Notes under the pieces: model-generated | Seen by the model: the letters and a program-made list of their open reading frames with translations, nothing else | What the model was told of the DNA's origin: nothing | Database searches by the model: none | Assembly: GCA_051942245.1 (NCBI GenBank) | Contig: JAVECL010000012.1 | Coordinates: forward strand, 62,001-116,341 | Direction of reading: 5' to 3' | From: Trypethelium eluteriae | Lineage: Eukaryota | Length of the DNA stretch: 54,341 nt | Position numbers and translations under genes: made by a program | In this document: in pieces, positions 24,524-35,229 of the stretch | Layout: each line of letters starts with the position of its first letter | How positions within the stretch are numbered: position 1 is the first letter of the stretch

Positions 24524-24712
24524 GTGCTGTCCATGCCTCCATCCAAACCTATCATACAGCCGCTCTAGCCAATCTAAGAGTTGGCAGCTAGATGCAGCAA
24601 AACCGCGTCACAGCAACACAGATCATTTTGGCGACCATACATGTTCTTCCACCAAGACGCCACGCTGAAGAAACGCACACGGATAGGAGAGAGAGAACAC
24701 TACTAAGACATC

Positions 24713-26281
24713 CTAGTCCTTTCCGTTCATAGCAGCAAGTTCCCTCTCCTTTGCAAGCAACATCTGACGCAGGTTCTCGGCTTCTTTCTCCAACTGCACA
24801 CGACGATCGGCTTTACCATGTTTCTCCGAGCATTGCATAGCGGTAGCAGCACTCAAAGCAGCAAGTGCAGGATCAAGAGAACGACTCGTCGACTCGGGAG
24901 TGGCTCCATCATTTTCAGACATGGAAAATGAACGCTTCCGAGAGTGTGCTTCATTGTCATGACGTTGACGCGATGCAAAGGAGTCGGTAAAATCGACAGC
25001 CGGAGGAAAATGCTGCCGGGGTTGGCGGTGGTCTTGAATCTGATTATCATCCGTGTGATCGCCGTCTTGTTGGAGTGGAGACGGGTGGGATTCTGGCGAT
25101 GTGGACATTCTCGCTTGCGCTTGATCTGCTACTACGGGAACCACGCGTTTGCGACGTTTAATCTCACCTTTCTTCATCCCGACGGGCCGGTGGCGACCAT
25201 GCAATTTATGATATAGACCTAACAGCGATCAGATGTCTACCCATTAACAGATATAGAACAGAATACTTCTCACCGCAAGCATTGCAAATAGTATGGCCGC
25301 TCTCATCTCGCCGCCACAAAGGGGTGACTGTAGTGCCGCAATTTTGACAGGCGACGACAACATTAGTCGCATTCGACGAAATAGCGGACAGTGCCTGAAA
25401 AGCTGCATTAGGAGAGTGAGCTTGTTCTGTTCCTGATGGTTGCAAGTTCTCCACCGATGAATTTGCCGTATCCGACTGCACTTGTGCGAGAGCGAACTGC
25501 GCAGTCTTTGAGATGCGGTTGTTGTAAGCTGGACAACCATTGCAGCCCTCTTGGCCGCCCGTACCATTACAACGGCCACCCCCGGGACACGATCCATGGA
25601 CGGCTTGATCGGCGGCTACAAAGGTCGCTCGAGCTATAGTCGACGAAATAGCCGGCGAGGTACTTCTATCATGAGCATGACTAGCAACATCATTGTGCGC
25701 AGATGTCAATCCATGTGCTTGAGAAGTACGCTTGAGGTTAGTCGGCCTGTCCTGATTTCGAGCTTTTAGATAAAGGCCACACGCGTTGCAAATCGTAGCT
25801 CCGGCGGGTGACCTCCGCCAGAGTGGTGTTCTTGTGGTTGCGCAATTACTGCCAGATATTAGCAAGTGGCGGCGCTGACAAAGTTGAACGGAGCGGAATA
25901 CCTGCAGACTTGGCCGTTCACTGGAGCATTGATATTTGGAGTCTGCGACGAGTTTGGTCCAGGCGTCGATGGAGTGGAAGACGCATTTGGCGGTTGGGTG
26001 TCTCTAGCACCCAGGATTGGATTATCTGACAGACCATGATACTCGGGGGGTCTACTCCCGTTCCCATTTTGCGCAGCCGTGGACGTTTCAGAGTGCGCGT
26101 TTGACTCGACATGAGGATTTTCCAGCGTCCGGGGGGCAAGAGAAGCGCCTTGGGCCAGCTCTCCCAAGGATCGGGCCAAATCCAGATCTTGTTGGGAGCG
26201 ATCCCGTGTAAGACGAGATGGAAGCGCAGAGGACATGGCGAGCGGGCTTTCACGATACGGTCCTGCTGTCGTCGCGCTCAT
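24713..26281 (-). CDS. sreA: GATA-type iron/siderophore repressor (SreA/SRE/Urbs1 family)
   Basis: Two GATA fingers ([16 protein letters not shown]…CNACG and [16 protein letters not shown]…CNACG) flank the Cys-rich [19 protein letters not shown] motif. C-terminal coiled coil. Introns 25901-25849 and ~25273-25218. Confidence 0.93.
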
Positions 26282-27239
26282 CCTGGAAAGCGAGAGAACA
26301 AATCGTCAATAGTCTCTGGATCTTTTGTAAGATGTGCTATGATAGGGCCATGCAGTGCGATTTAAGATTACAACGGACGGCCAGTATTGAAGGAGGCGGA
26401 CACCGCAACGCAGATACCCAGAGGCAATTTTCCGAGGATCTAGGAGAGGGACACAAAGCACAACGTGCGTCTTCAGTCGAGACGAAAGGAAATGGTAAGA
26501 GATGCAAGATAAGGAGAGATAATGGACGGTGATCAAGATCTACGTGAAGTTGTACGACTTGACGAAGCTGGAAAGTCTGGGGAAATCCACCAAGTCGTGC
26601 AGGCTGAATGACTGAATGACAAAACCTTGCGCTTGATTGGCCGACTTTAATAACTAGCCTCCCGGCCTCCTTCGGCCCTACGGCCTTCGCTTCGCCCATC
26701 ACCGAGTCCTCGATTGACCAATGACATGGCTCTTTTTCGGTGCTTACCTAGACGGTCTACCTTACCACGCCTCCGGAGACGTGAGAGGGTAGGGACACAG
26801 AATTGGTCTTCTTTGCTAACCTTTGCGCTTTTCACGAGACCCACAGAGAAAATGATGGACAGTGTCAAAACCTAGCGATTGTCACATGGGAGTGGCACAG
26901 TACTCCATAGACGATTTCAATTCACACTATATTTATTCCTCTAAAAGTTTCGCCGCAAGAGAGCTCCCTCCATTCTCCAATGATATGGTACATCAGCCGT
27001 GCGCACAAGACATAGTCGCCGAGAAGATTATTGAAAGAACTGCGGGACTCCGCTGGGACTTTCTGTGGATAAATGGCATACCATGGTTTCGCCAATGCTC
27101 CTCGTAATTCGCCAAAATCGCTGACTACCTTCTCGCATAATCTCTGTTTCCCAGGTCAACGGTAAAGAAACCTTGCACACAGATTTGTCGACGACACATG
27201 ATGACAGGTGGCTCCCATTCAGCGGTGTTATCCCTATGT

Positions 27240-27950
27240 TCAGACTTGCTCAGCTCCCCATCCGGCGTCGGCATCTCTCATATTCGCGGGTGGCTCAATC
27301 GAAGGGATGAATTCGAGAACCACATAGCCAATCCCAATGATGCCGACGATGGTTCCCGGAACCCAATGGTACCAACCCTCCCCGGCGATGATGGAGCCGA
27401 TGAAGATGTAGACTTTCTTCTCATCAATTGCTTGTTTACTCCACTTCAGTGTGTATGAACTCACAGATCCCGCGACCAATGAAGGAAAACATAAAGGACG
27501 CATAGCGGGCGACTTGGGGAGGTATTTGAAATTCTGGTCTTGAATTTCAGCAGCTTGTCGCCTTTGTAGGATCGGGGCCATCAGGAATACGAACCAAGAA
27601 GAGCAGTAGCTAGAAGATGTTCACATCAGCACTGCAGTGGATGCAATCAGTCGAGTAAGGATATCTTACCAATTCCAAAGATGATTACGTAGACCGCCAC
27701 TATTACGCTTTGGCTGCTTTGTTGTCAGTACCTTACTTTTGCTCTGGACAGGTTCAGATCGCATATACGACAGAGAGGCTCACATGGCGATGTGCGGCCA
27801 GAACTGACCAATGCCTCCCAGAATCATGAATACTGCTACGGCCAAGTTGACCATGCGGCTGCGCGTTGTTAGTGCCTGATCCTCAAGTCGCTGCCGCCAT
27901 GTAGCCCGTTTCCGGCTGCGATGAACTCACAATATGTCGGAGAAGTCCAT
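27240..27950 (-). CDS. TVP15: Golgi membrane protein TVP15 / COPI-associated family, multi-exon
   Basis: MDFSDIF|RMVNLAVAVFMILGGIGQF…, ending GIIGIGYVVLEFIPSIEPPANMRDADAGWGAEQV*. Several short GT-AG introns. Confidence 0.85.
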
Positions 27951-28832
27951 TCTGGATAGATGCGCGGATCGAAGCGTTGGTGGGAAATGCGAAAGGTGAA
28001 CTACGCGTAGATACCAGGCTGATGGGTAGGTATCAAAAAGGTGGTTGGGATTTGCGGCTGCTGATACGGAGTAGAGTACGGAGTAGACGCAAGCGGCCGC
28101 GACCTCGAGCTTCTTTTTCCAACTGAAGATCAGTTCCGCGCCAAGCTGAGCTCCGCGTCCAGCTTCCCAGGTCAAAAGCCATGGCCTAATGTCAAAACAC
28201 CTTGGCATCACACCAAGTGTTTCAGACATACGCTTTCCATAAACTCTATTGCACTTTTCATTTCCATGAGCCCCTGCGATCAAGGCCGATGCGAGAGAGA
28301 GTCTTGCGCAGGAATTCTTACTAATTGATCGGACAAGGCAGGGCGTCGAGACGAGTAATAGTCTGAAGTATCAAGACACGTTGATAGAATTCGGCGACTC
28401 TTCTTGAGCTAACATTTGTCGGACCAGAAATCTAGTGTCCAATATAGACATATCTGCAAGGTCGTCTGAAGTTTGAGTTCAGCTCATGTTTAAAAATGGG
28501 CGCACAGCACTTTCGGTCACCTCCAATCTGGCGACCATAGTATATTAGGAGGTTAATGTGGTCTTCAGCAAAATACCTCTTTGAAATTCACTTATTGGAA
28601 TTACACTTAGATATTCTGGGCAAGCTTTTTGAAATCGTGTCCATACTTCTTAGCTAATGACATCGTCTTTGGGGATCATGAATTTCACGTGGGATGTTCA
28701 AGTGTCTCTTTGTAGGCAAATTAACGAAATGCCAAAGATACAGCCGACTCATTTTGAGTAATGTATACAACGCCGTCCACGCAATGCTCAACAAATGAGG
28801 AAATAATCAAGCATATACCACGTGCAACTACC

Positions 28833-29471
28833 TCAATTTGTCTTGGGTCTCTTTGTTCCGTATTTTGAACGACTCCGTATCCGGTTGGGCACACCACCCT
28901 GCAGCGTGATTAGATCGTCTCTCAAGGCAAGTATGAGCAACTTACGAGATCCAGTGCCCCTCTCACTAAATGATACTTCACTCCCGGGCAATCTTGCGCC
29001 CTGCCTCCTCTAACCAGTACGACTGAATGTTGTTGAACATTGTGCCCTGCACGAACCCCAGACATTAGCATTACTCCCTATCACAGGGCGCCCGTTCTGA
29101 AACCTCCATTCTTCAATGGTAAATACTTTCATCCATGACATACCTTCTCCTGGAATATATGCTGTGACAATCTTCCCACTGCTCAATCGCACCCTCGCCG
29201 TCTTCCGCTCCCCCGAATTTGGTTTCTTCGGCCTCGTAATGCCCACCTTTAGGCAAACCCCTTTTAACTCCGGCCTGTCGACTAGTGCGGGCGATCGCGG
29301 TTTTCGTGCGGCTTGACCCTGGCGAATACCACGGATGACTTGGTTGTAGGTAGCGAGGATGGGTCGGGAGGTAGCGAAGTTGCGGCGGCGTAAAACAGAC
29401 ACACGGAGACAAGTAGTCGTGAAATGCATCCGTGGGGTCGGCAAAAGCTGTAAAGGGAGTCGAAAAGACAT
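28833..29471 (-). CDS. MRPS12: Mitochondrial ribosomal protein S12 (uS12m)
   Basis: Arg-rich presequence, [30 protein letters not shown] and RSKYGTKRP. Exons 29471-29144, 29046-28946 and 28898-28833. Confidence 0.95.
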
Positions 29472-29895
29472 TTCGGAGGGCAACAGCGTGTATGTGAAGC
29501 CCAGGTTTTCGGACGGGTTGAGAATTGACGTTCTTCTTTCGATATCTCCTGAAGCGGTTTAGTACGGCTTCCTTCGGTAAGGCCACGCCTAATCGAACAA
29601 CTCTGCAGCTAAGACGCGTCGCGTCAAGCTCAGACAAGAGCTCTGAGATCGAGGCACCAGCAAAGTTGCTAATGGACAGTGCATTTTCTTTGGGACGAGG
29701 AATCAAGAACACCACATTTTGTAAAAGTCTTTACTATGTCGAAGCGCCCCCACCGAATCTCTCTGCACTCCGAACCAGAGATCTTTACGGAAGCGTCCAC
29801 AAAGCTCAGTTTTGAGCTTGGATGATACCTTGCTCTCTCATCTTCATTCTGCCTCACCGTAGTCTAAGCTTCGCCTCAACGAATCGCCCGTAAGA

Positions 29896-32274
29896 ATGCT
29901 TCACGAAGTCCTCTTAAGCCTCTCCGGACACCCATCGGCTCTGTTAGAAGCTGTGAAGCACCAGCACGTTCATGACTCCCAGAGTCAGGAAGCACTCCCT
30001 TCATTGTCCTTGCCAGAGAGAGATCTTCTTGTGTCCGTTGCACGTATAGCGGATCTTCATTTGCAGCTTGATACCCATACGAAGGCCATCTCAGGATCGC
30101 ACAGGTCCGTCGTATGCCGGGCAGTCGCTACGGCTATTAAATCTCAACATTTGTCCCGCTTTCAGGATCATGTCCTGGAAGTAGAGAGACGTATCCTGAC
30201 CAGAGACTCGAGGAGCGTTGGTGCTTACGACATCGTACCACTGGCCTCCATCGTCAGCGAGTTTGAAGCATGGGAGCGGCGCTTCCAGTGGCTTCGGGAT
30301 ATATGTACTTTTATGAGTCCAGAGAATAAGCAGCATCTACGAGGCTCAGATGAACAACCTCAATGTTCAAGCGCGCAGCTTATCAACCGGCTCCGGAAAA
30401 GTCTGCAGACGGGCTACCCAGATATCCAAGAAACTGCCAATGAATTGACTAAAGTTGCTGAGACTGCCTGGCTCAGGCAACTGTCCACTTGGGTACTATA
30501 TGGTCGGCTGCCTCAAGATGGGCCTCAGGATTTCTGCGTCCAGATACAAAATTCACCTACTGGATCTGGCGGTGATTTCAGCATTGTGCCAGCATTGCTA
30601 CCAAAATATGTGACGTCGGTAACTGGCTCTTCGATACTATTCATCGGGAAATCCTTGGATCAGATCAGAGCTTATAGTCACACCATGGAAGAGCAGAGTC
30701 GGAGTATTGGGGCTGCTGTAGAATTAAAGCTACTCCACGAACACTCACAGCTCTTGTCAGAGGTGAAGTCTCCAATATCTGCAGCACAGCTTTCTCGTGC
30801 AGTATCCTCGATTAGACTATCGTTGTCCAGAAACACACTTCAGGAGCTATTGCCATTACCCAAAATTGTCCAACATCTAAGGCTCCTCCAAGAATTTTTC
30901 CTTCTCGGCCGTGGGGAGTTCGCATCAACACTCATCATCGAAGCAGACAGCCACGCTTCTATTCAAGATATACAATCATCCCATCATCGAAAAGCACCAC
31001 GGAACGCTGCCGGCGTCCTTCCCAAGGAAGGAGAACTGAACGCTGTATTAGCGCGGACCTGGAGCATTCTCTCGGCAATGGATGAAGACGGCCTGGATGA
31101 GGACTTGGAGCTCGCCCAAGATCTTCTGAGATTGAATTTACCACCACAACCGCAAGATCTTCCAGTATCACCAAGCGAGCACAGCTCGGACCACCAAAGT
31201 AATGGCAAACTCTTCAATGACGTACTTTTTTCGGCTCCGTGCGTCTTGACAATGCAGCTTCCTGCACCGTTCGACCTATTTCTTTCCAAATCAGAAGTTG
31301 ATGTCTACACAGATATCAATGCCTATCTAATTGCCCTTCGGCGAGCACAATTAAGGCTTGCGAATCTTTGGAAGCAAACACCACTGCGAAGAGACCATCC
31401 ACATCCACTCGGGCCCCCAGCTAGCAATTTGCCGTACGGGCAACAAACATTACGTACGAGACAAGAACGAAGGCGCAGTCGGGACAACGCTATGCGGAAA
31501 GTGTGGGCTACATGTGGGGCTGCTCTCTTCCTGGTCTCAGAGATCACTAGTTTTTTCGAGGGTGAGATCATCCAAGATTCCTGGCAGCACTTTTGCAGAT
31601 GGATCACCCAAAGTACGGAGTCCCCATCCGAAACCTCTTCCTCCCTCCGTCCAGCGTCGTCAACCTCCAATACTAGATCCTCTTTGCCACGATTCGCGGG
31701 GCAGGAACTCTCCTCATCTTTCACCACTCAAGCTTCCATCACTTCCCTACCACAACACAAGTCCACTGCACCCCACGATCCAGAGACTATCTCTACCGCC
31801 CATCGCACTTTCCTCGCTACCCTCATCTCCTCCCTTCTCCTCGCGGACGCTAAATTCACCTCCGAACTCCGCGCCCTTGTCACGCACATCGACGGCCTCA
31901 TTGCGTACGTCACGCGCCTACAAGCGATCCAGCAAAGCCTCGATCTCGAGGCCGATGAGGGTGTAGTGGATGCACTCACGGACTATGAGAAGGAAGAACG
32001 CAACACGCTACTGGAGATTGACCGGGGGAGGAAGAGGCTCGATGGGGGCATGAAGGGGGTGGTAGGAAGGCTGAGGGAGTTGGATGCGGAGAGGATGGGA
32101 AGGGGTGCAGGGTTCGGCATCACATCAATGGGGAAAGCCCAAGAGGTCGATAGCAGGGATGGAGGGATACAGTATGAGGCGTGGAGGGGAGGAGGACTTG
32201 ATAGGCTGTTGATGAAGTTGGATTTTGGGAGTGTAACGGTGGAGGATCAGGACAGTAGCGTTGAGCTACTCTAA
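29896..32274 (+). CDS. Gamma-tubulin complex component GCP4 (Spc97/98 family)
   Basis: MLHEVLLSLSGHPS start, LSTWVLYGRLP, SILFIGKS, FFLLGRGEFA and LDRLLMKLDF end. Single 792-aa ORF. Confidence 0.92.
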   Translation: MLHEVLLSLSGHPSALLEAVKHQHVHDSQSQEALPSLSLPERDLLVSVARIADLHLQLDTHTKAISGSHRSVVCRAVATAIKSQHLSRFQDHVLEVERRILTRDSRSVGAYDIVPLASIVSEFEAWERRFQWLRDICTFMSPENKQHLRGSDEQPQCSSAQLINRLRKSLQTGYPDIQETANELTKVAETAWLRQLSTWVLYGRLPQDGPQDFCVQIQNSPTGSGGDFSIVPALLPKYVTSVTGSSILFIGKSLDQIRAYSHTMEEQSRSIGAAVELKLLHEHSQLLSEVKSPISAAQLSRAVSSIRLSLSRNTLQELLPLPKIVQHLRLLQEFFLLGRGEFASTLIIEADSHASIQDIQSSHHRKAPRNAAGVLPKEGELNAVLARTWSILSAMDEDGLDEDLELAQDLLRLNLPPQPQDLPVSPSEHSSDHQSNGKLFNDVLFSAPCVLTMQLPAPFDLFLSKSEVDVYTDINAYLIALRRAQLRLANLWKQTPLRRDHPHPLGPPASNLPYGQQTLRTRQERRRSRDNAMRKVWATCGAALFLVSEITSFFEGEIIQDSWQHFCRWITQSTESPSETSSSLRPASSTSNTRSSLPRFAGQELSSSFTTQASITSLPQHKSTAPHDPETISTAHRTFLATLISSLLLADAKFTSELRALVTHIDGLIAYVTRLQAIQQSLDLEADEGVVDALTDYEKEERNTLLEIDRGRKRLDGGMKGVVGRLRELDAERMGRGAGFGITSMGKAQEVDSRDGGIQYEAWRGGGLDRLLMKLDFGSVTVEDQDSSVELL

Positions 32275-32652
32275 ATCATATTTCACTTGTAGGTCAGAGG
32301 AAGACGTAGAAATTATAAGTTCAGAGAAGCCTTGTAATATGAAAAGCAGTTGAAAAGATTTCGCAACCAGCACGATCTGCTCATGATTGCATCGCCGTTG
32401 CTAGGAAATTGTTCTGATCATCATCTGTGCACAGATTTTCACCAATCCTCTGTAAAATGGTACAAATCAGAGGCTGTCAAGGTGCTGTGCTGCTTGTCTT
32501 CTCGCCTTGGGTTCGCTATCAGAGTATACCACCTCGTTCGAAGAAAAATGTCAATTCCCTACCAGGAACCCCCACAAAGCCAAGGGAACGGTGCCGGGAC
32601 GAGTAGAAACTAAGCTTCACTCGAATTTTGATGAACCTCATTCTTCAAGACA

Positions 32653-33435
32653 TCACATGGTAGGCGAGCCTTGAAAGTTTGCCTGTTCTTCAATCTCTTC
32701 CATCGCATCAGACAGGGACTCCCAATCGAGATCATCGTCGTCATCCACAAGTTCAGGTGTCGAATCAGTCGACTATTGAGAGGCGTTTGTGACAATATGT
32801 AAGGGGCTGCGTACTTTGGGCAAATACTTCATGACGGCGTTGAGTTGTGTCAGAAGAGAAAGGTACTGTCTTTCGGTCAAACCTGGCGGAGGAGGCCGGT
32901 GTGAAGCGAACGCGATTTGGTCATTGGCATTGCCACGTGGCGAGGTACCGACAGAGTTGAAGCCATGAGGACGAAACCCTGGGTCGAAGAGGCGCGTTTC
33001 GTTCGGACTGCGTGTCTGGTCGTCCTGAGAGCTGGCAAAATTATTTGTGGGGCCGGAAGAGGTTCGAGTAACCAAGCTCAGCGACGAGGGTTCTGCTTCT
33101 GAGTCGAGCGAGGCTTCGTCCTGTCTCGGTTGCCCAGGATTATTCTCTAAAGATTGTTCAGGTGACAGGCTGCTGGCCATATTGGCACGGAAACAGTCCC
33201 GACACGATAGTCTGAGTTGCACTGTCGTACGGACAAGCTCGATGCAAGGTGGAACGGCTGGGACAGATTGCCCAATAGGCATGCATGAGTGGCGGGCAGT
33301 CCGAATGTAGAAATGTCCGCATTCATAGAGGCAGGTCACTGCGACGCAGGTCCTTGGATTGTGGCGATGGATCTCCTCGTAGACGTGTCGGATGCCGTCC
33401 AGGACTCGATCAGGACTGATCATAACAGACGCCAT
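32653..33435 (-). CDS. Hypothetical protein with N-terminal Cys cluster (C..ECGH…C…C…CRDC) and acidic tail
   Basis: 220-aa ORF. A 42-nt intron at 32814-32773 (GTACGC…CAATAG) extends it in frame to …DDDDDLDWESLSDAMEEIEEQ…*. Confidence 0.6.
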
Positions 33436-33745
33436 TCTTAGTTAAGGACGGTGAAGCAGGAATTTCTTTCGTACCAAGGGACCGAGACAAAGTGAGGAAG
33501 AACAGGAGGAAAGGTGTTGTTATAGACTCCATTTGATCTTGGCGTTGACCTTCTGTGAGTCTCAAAGATGAATGTTGTATTTACGTGCAAACGAGTGAGA
33601 AGCCAGCAGTGTTATTATGTGATGTGAGATGATATAGGAGTTAGTATGAAGCCAAAGAAATCATCACATCTTACTGCCTAGGTAACTGGCATACAGCATT
33701 GCAGGATTACTCCAGATAGGAAGCAATCATGACTGTACGCTGTTT

Positions 33746-33930
33746 TACCTTACGGCGGCTGGGGGGTTCCTCAACTGGTAATTAATACAGTGTTATTTCG
33801 ACTTTACTGTTATGACTTTGTTAGTCCATGTTAACACCGCCTTAACATGGGTCAACATGGTCATAACAGTAAAGTCGAAATAACATTGTATTAATTACCA
33901 GTTGAGGAACCCCCCAGCCGCCGTAAGGTA
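33746..33930. mobile_element. 185-bp fold-back element, MITE-like (TA at both ends, Tc1/mariner-type)
   Basis: 89-bp arms (TACCTTACGGCGGCTGGGGGGTTCC…) around a 7-nt loop. The outer 44 bp are perfectly complementary and there are 6 mismatches in total. No coding capacity. Confidence 0.8.
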
Positions 33931-34465
33931 GTTTTACGTGTTGAGATCGTGGCGCTACTTTCAAAATACTGCATTTCCTTGGGCTATGTCCTCTCCATCG
34001 AAGATTCCCTGAAGTCAACCTTTATCGACAGCTCATTGGAACATCAGCTTGTTGTACTTCTAGCATGGTTTACGTGCTGAAATATAAAAACCAAGACTGG
34101 AAAACCAAAATTTTCTGAAGGACAAAATCTAAGGCTTAGCGGTTCTTGCCGAGGCATCCCAACCTGTTGCAATGCCTCCCGATGCAAGTTCTGGGCTTCT
34201 GGCTGCTTGAGGTTCCATGCCCAGTGTCCGCCGCAATTGATCATGCTTCTGCAAGAGATGTAGGTCGCAACAGTAGGTAAACAGCCCGTCAGAATAAGCT
34301 TCGTCCGCTCGCAACAAGCTAGCCGGATCTTACGTATTGGACAGTCGCAGATGCGCCCCAGAGACTCGACGCTGAAAGGACGGACTCAGGGGCAAAGCTG
34401 GATCAAGGTTGTGCGCGCTTGTCTACGGCCTGGTCTGAAACTTGGAAGAGTGGCTGAAACGCAGT

Positions 34466-34493
34466 CGCAGTGTCGTACGCAGTGTCGTACGCA
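34466..34493. repeat. 12-bp tandem repeat (CGCAGTGTCGTA, ~2.3 copies) upstream of CHO2
   Basis: Read directly from the sequence. Confidence 0.75.
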
Positions 34494-35229
34494 AAATAAG
34501 GTCACTTTTGCCAAGAAGCCTGGCTCCGAATGGTGCAATGTTCGGGGGAGGTCATGACACTGAGGGGTTGACAGGCTGGTACCTGCCCACGCTTCCTTGC
34601 CTCAGGTATCGTGGGTATGTATGTACAGAATATTGTGTACATAAGGTGCGGATGCATGTACTCCTGCAATCGATCGACAGGGAAGCGGCAGCACAGCACC
34701 CCGCAAATGCTGCAGTCTGTAGGGAATATTGTGAGAATTTTCGCGGGTGCCTCCCCGGACCCATTCTGCCATATTAGTGAATGTTGCACGTTGTGGACGA
34801 CGAAGTGGGGATGGGTGGACTGCCGGGTTTGGTGTAGGACACTAAGAGTGCTAAGGAGTTGGACGAGGAACCATGACTTCCCAAGACGTCATCCTATTTG
34901 TCTACATCGCAGGCTCTTGCCCACTCACCCACTCACCCCACGACTTTCAACTTTGAATCGTTGCTAGCTCGACGTTCTCTCTCGATCGAACTCGATTGCC
35001 GCCTGCTGTATATACATGGCGCACTCCGTGACGGCTCCATCTCCACCCTTCTGTTTGCAAACCTCTCTGTTCGCTAGGCCCCAAGTTGCCTGGCACGTTT
35101 CCCCATTGAAACGCCGTTTGCCTCCCTGAACATACCTTATCCACAATCCATGCTGTCTCTTGCTCGCCTTTGCAGCAGAAAAGTCTCCATTCAACTTCTC
35201 CATCTGGTCTTCTCTCCCTCTTTTTCATC

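Noticed and set aside
26630..26810. CCAAT boxes upstream of sreA as HapX/CBC sites
   Set aside because: CCAAT occurs three times, but none fits the bipartite CSAAT-N12-RWT pattern, so it is not supportable from sequence alone.
28480..28580. KNGRTALS ankyrin-like fragment
   Set aside because: A single short match bounded by stops; could be chance.
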